Shown here: one piece after another, positions 1 through 13,000 of the stretch
How positions within the stretch are numbered: the stretch's first letter is position 1
How the letters are laid out: each line of letters opens with the position of its first letter
Assembly: GCF_048593235.1 (NCBI RefSeq)
Contig: NC_133617.1
Span: 665,922,958-665,986,957, forward strand
Origin: Sminthopsis crassicaudata
Taxonomy: Eukaryota
Direction of reading: 5' to 3'
DNA length: 64,000 bases
Program-made: the position numbers and the translations under genes
The notes under the pieces: model-generated
What the model saw: only the letters and a program-made list of their open reading frames with translations
Told to the model about the DNA's origin: nothing
Database searches by the model: none

Positions 1-689
1 TGGCCATGATAAGGGTAACGTAGGTGGGAGTACTGGTCTCAGCTCCTTACCACCTCGATAACGTTGGGTAAGTGAGTTAACTGTGTGGGCCCCAGTTTCT
101 TTACGTGAGTAGGATGTAATAGATCTTTAATAAGGTATCTTATATAAATCTATCCTATGAGGACCTTAGGTTAGTGCCATCCTATTCTAGGTAAGTCAGC
201 CTGGCTCACTAGTGCATAGAATTGGGTAGGAGATAGATTTATCTTTCACTCTTGAGAGAATCTGTTTACTTAAAGTATCAAACAGGTGTAGTCACAACAC
301 AGTGACTTTTCTTCTATGATATAATCTTGATGACACTGCATTCCTGCTGCATACTATGTAATCCAGGGAGAGGTTCCTCCTTGCTGTTCTACAAACAAGA
401 AATTCCATCTCTTTTGGCTCTGAACATTTTCTCCGACTGCTCCGACTTTCTCTGGAATGCTCTTTGTCTCAGCCTCCTGCTTCCCCTGGCTTCCTTCACC
501 TACACCTTGCACATAGTATACATACAAGAAAAAGTTTTTCCGAATTGAAGGTCATCCTTCTCAAGCACAGACTCAGTCTATGTGTTTCCTTACTTAGTTC
601 CTATGTTTTAGATTCAGTTAGGGCATCTATACCTTCAGGGTTTATCAGTGCTGGTTTCTGAGAACAGAAACAGTCTGGCTTCAAGGCCC

Positions 690-920
690 GGCTAAAACCC
701 CACCTTCTCTAGAAAGCTTTTCCCAGCTCTTCTTAAGGTACTATGCCTTCCCTCTGTCACTTATTTCCAGTTAACCATTATAGAGCTTGTGTGAACATAG
801 TTATTTGCATAGTCACTCCTATTAGATTGTGGACTTCTCTAGAATTAGGACTAACTTTTGTCTTTCTTTGTATTCTCAGACCTTAGCACTGTGTCTGGAT
901 CTTGTAAATGCTTATAAATT
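690..920 (+). mobile_element. L2 LINE 3' end remnant
   Basis: Degenerate ...ttgtctttctttgtattctcagaccttagcactgtgtctgg...taaatgctt tail typical of L2. Confidence 0.5.
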
Positions 921-1284
921 TCCTAAATGACGACCACATTCCCTGCAGAAGTGGCATAGAAGTATGCGTAGTTTTTGGTGATGGTTTTTCTGGCCTCTGG
1001 GTTCCAGGGATGTCTTTCCCAGCATATATATTTTTTTTTGTTTCAGTTGGGTTTGAGACCTGTCCTTTTGCAGTTCATAGGAAATTTGAGGAAAAATAAA
1101 TGTGTTACCTGCAATGTCATTGAAGACAGCCCTGGGAGAAGGCATCTGTGTGCTCTTGGCAGGTTTGAAAATTTCACCCCTTATGAGTTAACTCAATTCA
1201 ACAAATATTGACAACTTGCTGTGAACAGGACTGATGCTAGGAACCCTCAGGGAGCTTATAATCTTACCAGGGAGTAGAACATAG

Positions 1285-1286
<2 letters not shown>

Positions 1287-1322
<36 letters not shown>
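1287..1322. repeat. (GT)n microsatellite, ~18 units
   Basis: Read directly. Confidence 0.95.
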
Positions 1323-1324
<2 letters not shown>

Positions 1325-1493
1325 TTCCATCCATATAATACATGCATAAGGCATACACACATATATGTAAATGCATGTTAGATGATGGGACAAAGGAGAG
1401 TTCACTTGGTTGCAGTGCTGAAGGGTCAGAAGAATAGAAGTAGATAAGGGCTTGAAGGCCAAGGCCAGGTCTACCTGGGCTAGTCAAGCTTTT

Positions 1494-1663
1494 CTGGTTT
1501 TTTTCCATTTTGATTTGGGGACTGGCTTCTGGTACCACTTTATGGTGGGCCTGGTGGCTTACTATACCTGCCAGATGTTGATGTATTTTTACCCCTAAAT
1601 TGCTGTCTTGGTTAGGCAATTCCTTCAAGTCCTTACCCCTTTTAGGGAGAACGTCCTTCCAGA
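1494..1663. repeat. Dispersed duplicated module, copy 1
   Basis: Near-identical to 2681-2841; the ~110-bp core ggtggcttactatacc...gtccttccaga differs at one base. Confidence 0.9.
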
Positions 1664-2680
1664 CAAGGAAAACCAGAGGGAAAGGAAGGGAGGAGTGGAT
1701 AATGGAAGACCTTTGTGCTTTTCTTCTGTGTTTTATCTTTCTTGAGTAAATTGCCAGGTAGGAACAGTGCCCTATGCACTGGAGGCCCCCGTGGCATTGT
1801 TCTTATCATCAGAGAACTGCCCATCAGGAGACAATTTTTTCAGACATCCTTGAAGAGTAATAATACTGTGTGATAAAGGCACTTCTGGACTATGTTCAGA
1901 GAATAAAGAGTTGGACTCCCACCCTCAAGGAGTTTTCAGTCTCATTAGAGAGATAAAATGTATCCATTTGATAAGGGAAAGATTGATACTCCCTGACAAA
2001 TGTACTTTCACTAACAAGGTGTGTAGATACTAGGAATATTGGGAATAATTATTACTATTAGGATTAGTAGATAATTAGGAATAGATGGTTTATCCATTAT
2101 CCCAAGGCCACAGATCACCCATTAGAGCTGAAAGAAGAGACAGTAGAAGTTGAATACAGTTCCTCATTTTACAGATGAGGACACTCAGGCACTTTAAGGT
2201 TAAGTGACATGCCCAGGATAACATTCAGTGTCTGAAGTAGGATTTGAGCTTTGGTCTTCCTGACTCCCAGCTTCAGCGTGCCCTCCATACTGCCTGTCCT
2301 TGCAGAGGTGCAGAGTGAGGCTCCTCACAGGAAGTTCAGTCACCAGGGAATGAATTATTTGTCAGGGGTTGGAGGAGATCCCTTATCTGTAAAGGACCAT
2401 CTGTGCAGATCCTAGAAGAGTTGCAGTAGGGTCCAGTACAATTCACTGATCATCACACAGACCACAGTAAACTGCCTTGGAAGATCTGAGGATATTTGAG
2501 ATTTTCAGGGCCACTGAGTCCTCATTCTGTACATCCTAAGGAGGGGACTCTGGAGATAGGCCAACCTTGTGATATGCAGCACTATTCTTCAGTGGAAGAA
2601 GTAACAAGATTGAATTCACAGATCTTTTAATATTGAAATGTGTTAACTGAGTGGTTTAGATAGTAGATGTTCTCTTGTCT

Positions 2681-2841
2681 CTGGTTTTCTTCCGTTTTGA
2701 TTTGGGGACTGGCTTTATCTCTGGTGGGCTGGTGGCTTACTATACCTGCCAGATGTTGATGTATTTTTACCCCTAAATTGCTCTCTTGGTTAGGCAATTC
2801 CTTCAAGTCCTTACCCCTTTTAGGGAGAACGTCCTTCCAGA
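2681..2841. repeat. Dispersed duplicated module, copy 2
   Basis: Direct repeat of 1494-1663. Confidence 0.9.
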
Positions 2842-4184
2842 AAGGAGTGCAAAGGAGAAAGAGATTGCTGTTGACCAGGATGGTCAGGGAAGGCTTCCTG
2901 TAGGAGGTGGGATTTAAGCTAGGCCCAGCAGGCTGCAGAGGATTTGGGTAGACAATTTTGAGTAATCTGTAGCCCTGGACAAAATGAGGCCAAAGTTTTT
3001 GTTAAAGAGAAAAGTGACTCTGGGGGACTGGTGGGAGATAAACCTGGAGAGTTATCTTAGAGCCACTTGGAGTGGCTCTTGGAGTGTCAGGTTAGGGAGT
3101 CTGGAATAAGAGAATGTTAGAAGTATGAGGGCCCTCAAAGACAGCAGGAGCAAGCCTTTGAAGGTTTTTGTGCAAGGGAGTGATATGATCAAAGCAGCAA
3201 GCTTTTGGGGAATCAAGTGGTGGCAAGCAGGGTGGGTCTCTAGAGTGAGCTGCTGAGGAAATTCAGATGAATTCTAGTTACTACACAAGGCAGTTGTTAG
3301 GAGAAGGTAAATGAGAAAGCAAACACTGCAAAAATGTGAGCTTAGCAAAGGAATAAAAACCAAACATACCTACGGTGGGGAAATCCTAGGCAGGATCCAG
3401 ATGACAGGCCAAATGACAAAACACTTGAATATGACCTTCCCTTTGCTCTAGGCCCTCCAAGTGGAGTGTGACTGCTTGGAAGGACAGAGTCACAGGAGAT
3501 TCCTCTTCTGTCAGATGGGAGAAAAAAACATGCTTGCCCTGTCTCTCTCCATTACTGGGACATCTTGACCAAATGAGAGAACATATATAGCAATGCTTGG
3601 AAAACAAAAGCACCAAAGGGTAGACAATGTTGTTGGCTGACACAGACTGTGGGCCGGGAGCCAGAGGACCCAATTTATTTATTTGTTGTTTTGTTCCTGC
3701 TCAGCTAATAATTAATTATGGGATTGGTCAGATCCCTCAAAACTCCCCTGAGCTGATGTTTCCATACCTGGAAAATAAATAGGTTTTCTTAACAGGCCCC
3801 TTAGCTCTAAGAGAGTATGAGTTCCTGATTAGTAGGAATATTCCATAATGCCAAGAACAAGTGATTTCTGGTGATCCTTCCTACCCTGCAGGATGCTGAG
3901 CATTTTTTTTAACCTCATAGGAAGTGGTTATGAAGATAAAATTGGATATTATGCATTAACACCCCCACCCCCCACTACAAACACTAGCCATTGTGCTTGT
4001 TTTCTCTGGGTAAAGTAGGTTATGGGTGCCCAAGTGTTCTTTTCACATGCAGAGATAGTAGGATCATAGAATTTTAGAACACTCACTCTCTCCTTCTAGA
4101 CCAAATGCTAGAAGCCTGAGCCTGAGAGCCCACCCACCCACCCTATAGAGCTATCCTTTGAAATCCTTATATTCTTTAAAATCA

Positions 4185-4440
4185 TTTTTATTGCTCTTTT
4201 CTATTTACATTGACTAGATTTCCCCCTTTCCTCCTCCTTCCTTCCCCTTTCTAGAAAACCATACCTTAGAATACTTTTTTTTTTTTTTTTTTTAAGAAAG
4301 AAAATCAGGAAAACTGATCAATAAATATTTTGAAAAAATCTGATATTCCATATTATTCGCTTTTCTACCCCCCACGAGACTCTCCTTCAGAGCAGGGGGA
4401 GATGTCATCCTCATTTTTTGGGGCCAAGCTTGTTCCTTCC
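4185..4440 (-). mobile_element. Marsupial L1 3' tail fragment
   Basis: T-rich start, internal T20 run, ...aaaactgatcaa...aaatctga...ttggggccaagcttg pattern typical of reversed marsupial L1 3' UTR. Confidence 0.5.
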
Positions 4441-5299
4441 GTGTCTCATGCCTTCATTTATCTGGGGTCACTTTGTGTCACTGGTTCTTTCCATTCACCG
4501 AGCTTGTGTATTGTTTCCTTGGCCCTCTGGGTTTCCCTTTGCACCAGCCTCTCCCTGCTTCTCCATTCGCTCTGGTATTGGTCATTTCTTCCATCCCATC
4601 CATGAACCACAATTTGGCTCCCCAGGGGGTCCTGCGGCTCTTGGTCGCACCAGGTCATGACACTCAGCATTTCGAACCTTGTGTCCCTTCTCTCTCAGAG
4701 TTTGGTTTGTGGCTTAATGTGTCCCGGAGTGGGAAGAGCCCTGGACCAAGATGTACAAAGCCTGGAGTCCAGCCTGGCCCTGGCCTCCATGAGCCTCCGG
4801 CCGGTCCCTTCTTTCTGGATCGGCCGCGGGTTCTTTCTTCATAAAATGAGGGCATGGAGCTAGATGATCCTGGGGGCCCCCCAGTTTTGACCTTCTGTCA
4901 TCCCCAAAGAGCAGGACTATTCTCTGGAACACTCGGGTGCCCTCCATGGTGCTCATCCACAGTACAGGCTCAGGAAACAAGAATGGATGGATTCAGTTCC
5001 ACAAACAGTCATCAAATACCTCCCAAGTTCAAAGGATACAAAAATGAAAAGAAATGGTAGAGATATACAACATTATACCACATTAAGTGAATAAGCACAT
5101 TACAAGGCAGAATGTGGTGGGGGTGAAGGAGAGACCCAGGCTGTGGACAGTTGGAAGAGGAGGGGTTCCCTTCATTTTGGGGGTGGAAATTGAGGAAGAG
5201 AAAAGGTTCATCAGGTGGAAGGTGGGGGGAGACTTATCTGTGAGAGGTTTAGGAATAATATTGAGCAGCAGGGCTGGAAGCAGAGCGGCTTAGGCTAAG

Positions 5300-5471
5300 A
5301 CACTGACAGGAAGTGCTCATTGGCTCTCCCGAGACATTTATAAGCTTCAGCTCAACCCAGCCCCAGGAGGCGGCTTTCTTTCTTGTCTCCTGATATCGCT
5401 GAGCAAGAGCGGGGCATTTTTCCCTAGAAATAGACCTAGCATTGCCAGAGAGGTTCAGATAAGAAGTAAGT
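5300..5471 (+). promoter_or_regulatory. Candidate promoter and AUG-less first exon of GUK1
   Basis: CAGGAAGTG (ETS-like) 5307-5315, ATTGG (inverted CCAAT) 5319-5323, TTTATAAG (TATA-like) 5337-5344, then consensus donor GTAAGT at 5466-5471. Motif order only; no transcript evidence. Confidence 0.45.
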
Positions 5472-6539
5472 GCAGTCCGTGCTGGGGATGGAGCAGGGTG
5501 GGCAACCGGGTGCACTCCTACCAGAAAAGACACATGGGTAGGCAGCCCATAGCACTTGAGAGCTCAGTCATGGAGCTCAACAGGGAAGCGGGCCGTTTTC
5601 GCCCTTGACAGCCTGCAGAGACAGGGACTGGTGAAGCCTTAGAGAATCCCAGCAGTTTTCTTTATAATCCAACTCAACAAACATGGAGCATCTCTTGTGC
5701 TGGGAATGCTGGGAATACAAAGCTTCTGGGGGGCTCTGAGGCTGAGGGGCACGAGATGCTTACATCTCTGCTGCAAAAATGACAGCGTTGGGTCAGATTA
5801 GCTCTTGGATCCTCCATCCAAGGGAGAGAAGCAAGAAAACTGACCCCGGGAGTTTGTGGGAGAGGCCACATTTGAACTGAGAAGGCTCATTGAGTTAGAG
5901 AGATGGGCTTCAGGAAATGTAGTTGGGGGAACAACTTAGCTGGGAGCATAGGGGTGGGGGTGCAGGTTCTGGTCCAGCTGTGAGATGCCGTGTGGTCAAA
6001 GTTAGACCAGAGTGTCAAGGGAGAGATGGCTGCCAAGGTAGGCTGGAGCGAGAGTGTAGAAGGAATCAGATGCAGGGCTTTATTTCTTAAAAAAAATTTG
6101 TCAGGGAGGAATTTCCAAGTACTTTATGAATATGCTGGGGTGGGGGGGGAGGGCTTGTTCTTTAAAGAAAGAGGATTAAAGCTAGGAAAAGAGAGATGAG
6201 AGACAGAGAGGGAGAGAGGGAAAAAGAGAGAGTGAATTTGTATTAAGGAGAACCAATTTGGTCCTCATCCTTACACTTACCTCATTCTCCCCTGTGCCTT
6301 TTCACCCGTTGAAGTCTTAAGTTCTTCTGTCATTATTTGTTCCTAAGAAGTAACATAGGACCTTTTTCATGGTAGGCACTTAAATATTTGTTTAATTGAA
6401 TATGCTGGATTTAATTGGTGCAATTGGGAAAAGAGTCAGTCATTTTACTGCCAACTGAGCCCTTGGGAAAGGAGAGAAGATGAGGGAAAGCTGTCTAATC
6501 TAGTGGAAGTCTTAAGCACAAGGTCACCATTCCCACATT

Positions 6540-6935
6540 AAACTTCACTCTCCTCTCATCTCCTATTCTCCTGCTCTCTTCTTCCTTGACTGCTTTTTTC
6601 TTCCTCATTTCTTATCTCTTCCCCTTCCTTTCTTTGTTACCTTTTTTCTCTCTTCTCTTTTTCCTCTTCTCTTCCATTTCCTTTTTTCCTCCTCTTTTCC
6701 CTCTTCCCTTCTTCCTTTCTTTTTTCTCTCTTCTATCTCTTCTCTCCCTCTTTTCCTTTTTTATCTCTTCCCATCTCCTTTTTCCTCTCCTCCTGCCTTT
6801 CTTTTTCCTTCTCTCCCTCTTGTCTTCTCTGACGCTTCTTTGCCTCTCCTCTTTCTTTTTCCTTCCCTTCTTCACCCTTTTTCCTTTCCTCATCCTTCCT
6901 TTCTTCCTCATCCCCTCTCTTCTCTCTCCCTCTAG
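6540..6935 (+). repeat. ~400-nt polypyrimidine low-complexity tract ending at the GUK1 ATG-exon acceptor
   Basis: Almost exclusively C/T; source of the spurious F/L/S and K/R/E ORFs at 6586-7053. Confidence 0.9.
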
Positions 6936-6937
6936 GG

Positions 6938-7049
6938 ATGACGGGACCAAGACCAGTGGTTCTCAGTGGACCATCAGGTGCTGGGAAAAGCACCTTGTTG
7001 AAAAAGCTTTTTCAAGAATATGGCAACATTTTTGGCTTCAGCGTCTCCC
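6938..7049 (+). CDS. GUK1: GUK1 coding exon 1 (P-loop)
   Basis: Acceptor tctag at 6931-6935 then GG ATG; encodes [19 protein letters not shown]...FSVS; donor GTGAGT at 7050. Confidence 0.95.
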
Positions 7050-10000
7050 GTGAGTACTGGGAGTTGATTGGGAAGTGGGAGGGTTGTCCAGCAGGAAGGA
7101 GGGCTCGGGCATCTCCACTGACTTTGCCTGAGAGGTGAGATTGGCTCCCAAGATGGAGGAGTATCCTGAGTCTTCACGGAGAGATGGCTCCCATCCTTGT
7201 CGCAGCCCCCAGTACAGAAGCGTTGAGAGCCAAGTCAGAGGGGCAGCTTTGCCATGAGGAGGGGGAGTTTCCTGGGGTGACCCTGAGGGAGCCTCTCCTT
7301 GCTTAGCCAGGCCGGTCTCAAGCACTGAGCCATAGTGGAGGGCTCTCTGTCCCGGGCTGGGCCATCTGATCAGGCCTGTGGGAGCTCAGGGACAGCATGA
7401 GGAGCTGTCAGGACACACCAGCAAGCCTTCCTTAGGACTTTCTGAGCCTTGCTCCTTGGTGGTGCCCCCCCAGCCCTGCCCGTGGATGAACAAGGGAGAA
7501 GTCCCAGGTTCTCTCTTTCCCGGGCCCCAAGGAGAGCTTAATGTTCTCTCAGAGCGGGGAGCCCCTGAGTCTATGGGGGATCAGTCTTAGGTTTCCAGAG
7601 GAAGTCACTGGTATGCTTTGTTACAGACACCACAAGGAGCCCGAGGCCCGGAGAAGAGAATGGCAAAGGTCAGTGCCCCTGGTTGTGGCTGGTGTTCCCC
7701 CCTCACATGTAGGGGACCTGTGGTCTGGGGGGCCCAGGCTCCTCTCTTCCCTTCCCTCTCTGCCCGGGGCGTGTCTTGCCCTTTTGCTCGGTTCAGTCGT
7801 TACTTGCCCTCAGCGCCATGTGCTGCTGTTAGGCCCTGGGTCTGTGAGGTTCACAGACAGAGCTAAGGTTTCACACGCAGTCCCTCTGATGCATCCTACG
7901 CCGCCTGGACCAGGCTCAAGGGTAGATGTTGTGCTGAAACATGAATTGCAGCATCTTCACAGACGAAGGATGCAGGAACACAGGTGGAAGCGGGTTTCCT
8001 GCCCCTTCTCTGCCCTTCCCATCCTCATCTAAACTAGAGAAAGGAAGTGGCTGCCCGTTCCCCGTCCCCAGGAGGGCGGCTCTCCGACAGGCTCAGCTGT
8101 GCCGAGAGGTGGTCTGCTGGGGCCAGGGCTGGATCCTCCTGATTTAACCCCGCATCCTCTGCCCCATCTTCTCAGCAGGCACAGCATGTGCCAGGAACGG
8201 GGCCGGCTTATGGGGAAGGGAGTTCATGGGGGGGATTAGTGGGGAATCAGGAAACAGGTGGCAGGCTTGGACTGGAACCCGGGGCCTCTGCCTCCTAATC
8301 CAGTGCGCTCTCTGCCACTGACTGTCCATCTCCTCTCCCTAAAAGACTCCTGAATCAGGGCACCCTGGGAGGGATGATGGCAGAGAAGGGAACAGGGAAG
8401 AGTTCTAGAGCCGGCGGCGGGGGGCCCTGCTCCTGCTCTGCCGCTCTGTGGAAGGTGCCGGGGGAGGGCGGGAGCGGAACAAGTGGCCTGCGGCCTTTTC
8501 CATTGTGCCCATGTGTGTTCCAGATTATCACTTTGTGACCAGGGAAGAGATGCAAAAAGACATCGAAGCTGGAGAGTTCATCGAGCACGCCGAGTTCTCA
8601 GGAAACATGTATGGGACCAGGTAGGTGCCAGCTTCCGTGCCAGCCCAGGCCTTCCCGGGGGAGGGGACCAGGTGGTGGGGAATGCCAGGCTGGTGCTCCT
8701 CCCCAGCATGGCGGCCTGGCCCGGGCCTGCTCACCTGCCTCCTGTGGGAGGTTAGTTGGGAGAGCTGTAGTCAGGCGTCCATCCCAGCGGCTATAGTACA
8801 GACCATGAGGTGGGTTTTGTTGTTGTCATTCACCCACGACACTCTCCTCTCCTCCCCTTCCCTTCTGTGCCTTGGTTCTGGATGCCCCCTATGTGTAGAA
8901 CAGACTGACCACGGGCCCCCTCCTCCCCCTAGTTCCTCCCAAGCTCAGTTCAGATGCCTTTGGTTAAGTGAAGCTTCCTCTGATTCCCACTAGGGGCCCC
9001 TTGAAATTAACCTCGTACCTGTGCACCCGTGTCTCCTGATGGAAGGGGAGCTCCCCGAGGGCAGGGACCTTTTATTTCCCTGGTAATGGGCATCCTATGT
9101 GCTATGGAAGTGCTGAGTCAGCTTGACCTCCAGACTAGGATTGGGGAGAGTGGGAGGAAATTTCTGGAGATTTTGGCTTATGTGAAGAAAAACTTCCTCC
9201 TGAAGTGAACTGTTCTTGAGTGTGAGGAGTCCCTCTCGGTGGCTCTTGGAGATCTGTGAAATCCTGCCCTGTCCCCCCCACTCGCCCCCCACCCACTCCC
9301 TGCCATGGCTGCCCTGTCAGCTCTGCCCAAAATAAGGAACAGACGGCGATGATTCAGGCATCTCAGAGGGAAGGAGGAGGGAAGCAGCGCCATGGGGCAG
9401 AGACCTGTACCCTGGCACAGTGCCAGCTGCGGGGAGACCCTGTGTATTTGTGTTGGGGGGCAGATGAGGGAAGAGCGAGGGAAAGAAAGCACAGAGAAGT
9501 GAAATGAGCGCCTGGGGGGCAGGGAGGGAGGGGAGAGGTACAGTCAAGTGTCCTGTCACTGATTCCTAAGGAGAGACCAGATAATCCCTGGGTGGGGGGA
9601 AGTGTTGGCTTGTGATGAGGCTCGAGAATTGGGGTGGGAGATCGGCCTATGTGAAGGAATGGGCAAACCCGAAATCTCTGGCAAAAAGGCACGTGTTGGC
9701 GCTGAGAAGCCAGCTTGCCAGGAATCGGACTTCTCGGTGGGCAGGGTCCTGTTAGGAAGGTAGCAGAGGTTAAGCTGGGAAGAGAATATCTTCGCCCACG
9801 GGCAAAGTCTGTTAAGAAGGCTGCAAAGATATCTGCTGCAGGCAGCTTGCTTTGATCTTTGACCCAGGAGAGGGGGGCGACTGGTGAGATTTTCAATTCA
9901 ATTTAACATTGTGTGAGATTACCTAACTGGGAGTTTGAGCCACTGAGAGGTGCTTGTGGCAATTCAATGGAGGGTGATTGGCCAAGATCTCCGATTGACT

Positions 10001-13000
10001 GAGACCACTAAGCTGGGAGTTTGCAGACTTCTGGGGCCCCAAAAGATCTCAGCGTATGCCACTCGGACACCATTGGAACAGTCTTGTGAGCCATACAACG
10101 GGTCAGCTGAAAAAGCCGGCGCTCTTGCTGTCTCGAATGAGCAAAGGGACTGCTCTGGGAGGAGGCGGGTTGGTGCGAGTCACTGGCCAGGACAAGATGC
10201 TGGCTCACGCACCAGGGAGGGGAAGTAATGGGCTGCTCAGGACCATTTGAAGCACCTGGAGAGCCACGTTTACCCTGGAGGAGGCTTAGCAGGGACGAGT
10301 GTCCGTTCTTAAGTGTGAGAAGGGCCTGCTGCAGAAGAACTAGATGACTTTGGCCCCAGAAAGCAGAAGCAGAAGTCATGGGTGGAAGAAGGAGGGCTGT
10401 ATTTAGTCTTTTTTTTTTTTTCCTCAGTAGCATTTTATCCTTCCAAACACATCCCCTCCTTCAAAAACATTTTGAAAATAAACCTTGAACAAATAAATTT
10501 ACACAGTCAAACCAAGCAAGTCCTGCAGTGGCCGTGTCCACAAACGCACGTCTCATTCTGCACCCTGAGTCCACCATCTCTCTGGTGAATGTTGAGAAGC
10601 ACCTTCGTCCTCAGAGTTGTTGGAGTCCTTCAGATGTGTTTATCTTTACAATGCTGCTGTTATCAGACTCATTGTTTTCCTGGCTCTGCTCCCATGAGCT
10701 CACTTTCCATTAGGAGAGCTCAGCACGCCAGCTGCAAGGGGGCATGGGAAGAGCCGGAAGTCCTGAGCAGGCACCTCTTGGGAGGTACACAGCCCCGTGG
10801 AATCTGGGTGGGTGGGCTTCAGCCTGAGACACTGAGGAAAGCTGGGAGGAAGGTGACTTGCCCACAGTTACTGCCACCAGGCAGGTATTCAGGCGAGGAA
10901 TCGAGCCAAGGTCTCCTGAACACAAGGCCAGTGTTTTCCCTTCTCTACTCTGCTGCCTCCTCTTAGGGAACTACCTTAATAACTCTGCCTAACTATCCTT
11001 TAAGGCTTTATCTATGAATTTCAGTGTTTTGAGCCTAATTATGGGTGGCCCTGTGAATCAAAACTTGGAATAGCAACCATTTATTTAAACATTTGATGGA
11101 GCGGTACATTTTATTTTTTTAAATAGTTTTTAATTTTTTCAAATACATGTAAAGTTACTTTTCAACATTTATTTTTGTGACATTTTGTTTTCTAAAGTTT
11201 TCTCCTTCCCTCCTTTATCTTCCCCCTCTCCAAGACAGCAAGCAATGTGATATAGGTTAAATATATAAAATCCTTTTAAACTTATTTACATATTTCTCAG
11301 GTTGTGAAAGAAAAATCAGACCAAAAAGGGGGAAAAACACAAGAGAAAAAAGTTTTAAGATGAAAATAGTATGTTTTGTCTGATAAACATAGAAATATGT
11401 ATAGAAGAATTGCATGTTTAACATAGATTGAATTATTTGCTGTCTGGGGGGAAGAGAGACAAATTTGGAACATCAGGTTTTGCAAGAGTGAGTGTTGAAA
11501 AGTATCTTTGCATATATTTTGGAAATAAAAAGCTATTTAAAAAAAAAAAGTATACTTTGATTCACATTCAGGTTCCATAGTTCTTTCTCTGAATGTAATT
11601 GGCTTTTTCTGTCCCAAGTCTATTGAATCATTGCATTGTTGAGAAAGCCAAGTCGATCATCACGTAATTTTGTTGTTGTTGTCCTGTGTTCTTCTAGATC
11701 TGCTCACTTCACTCAGCATCAGTTCCTCTAGGTCTCCCCAGGCTTTTCTGAATTCAGCTGAGCAGTGCATTTTATAGACCCAGGCAGGGAGGTCCCGGTG
11801 TGGGAAGTCTCTGGGAGACTGGCCGAGGGAAGCCTGAGAAGGAGGCGGGCTGCCCGCAGGTGGAACGTCTTCAGCCCAGGCCAAGGAGTTTGCATTTGGG
11901 AGACTGAGAGCTGGGCTTGGGTCTCTACCCGAGGAAGTGAGCCTGTTCATATCTGAAAGATGATGGAAGGAGGAGAGGAAGGCAGAAAGACTTGGAGAGC
12001 ATCTTAATGAGAGAAGTAGGGGTACAAATAGGCTGCTGCTGGTCCCAGGGAGAGCTCTTCCCAGAAATTCTTGGAGGACGCTGGGAGAAGGCAGAGTTGC
12101 TGGCCCTGGAAGCCAAGGGCTCTGGGTTCTAGTCTGGGTTCTCCTTTCTTTGTAAAATGAAGGGGCTGCACTTGAGGCCCCTGCGGTCCTTCCCAGCTGT
12201 CCCATTGTGGGTTCTACGTAGCAGAAGGCTGGAGATGGGCGGACCTAGAACACCTTTCCGTTCCTTGCCTCCATTCACATGAGGTAGGTAGCACAGGTTT
12301 TATTATCCCCATTGTATAGATGAGAAAACTGAGACTCAGAGACAGGAAGTGACTTGTCCATGGCTTTATGAGCAAAATTAGATATTTATCACCTGTACTT
12401 TAACTTGCTTTTACTTGAGAGTTAAGTTGGAGGTGCTGGCAGCGAGAGCCTTGGTTAATGAGCAGCCGTGCCATCCCTCAGCCCTGGGAGTAATTGTCAC
12501 ACTAATGGACCTCTGGCAGGTCTGGGCGTGCTTGAGGGGCTGCTGTCATCCTGAGCTGTTCCTAAGTCCTGTCCCGGGAGGGAAGAGAGGGAAACTTTGC
12601 TGCACCTTGGGGAGGAGCTCTTGGGACTCCTGCAACCCCCCCCACTTCCTTGTCAGCGGTCCCCAAAGTAATGAATGAGCAGAGTGATTAACCTCGCTCT
12701 CAGCAGGTCCTGGGGGCAGCGCCCTCCAGCAAGGACCCTCATGGGCTGCGGCTGCAGAGCGCCTGCTGGGGCTGCCCCCCTCTTGTGGCCACAGTCGGTT
12801 TAGCAGACGGGAAGCCCAGGCGGTAAAAAGGACTCGGGGCTGGGAAGAACCAGAGATTGAGTTCAGCCTCGTCACTTTAGGAAGGAAGGAACAATTGTGA
12901 GAGCTCGCAGCTTGCTCAGGATGTCCAGGTGCTAAGTGGCCACCGTCAGAGTGATACATACTTTTAAAGAACACAACGTAAATAACAAGGGGCGGGTTTC

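Noticed and set aside
1530-1666. H/ACA snoRNA reading of the duplicated module (hairpin potential, ACA near the end)
   Set aside because: No ANANNA H box between hairpins, and the second copy has AAA instead of ACA.
4330-4980. Cluster of 60-120-aa ORFs behind a poly-T run, suggesting a processed pseudogene
   Set aside because: The poly-T is part of an L1 3' tail, 4730-4880 reads as degenerate MIR, and no frame matches a protein I recognise.
6586-7053. F/L/S-rich and K/R/E-rich ORFs (also 29435-30076, 34437-35113)
   Set aside because: Translations of pyrimidine/purine low-complexity tracts, which lack stop codons by composition.
12715-12790. CTCF-like motifs in GUK1 intron 3
   Set aside because: Mismatch at core positions; cannot be supported without a PWM scan or ChIP data.
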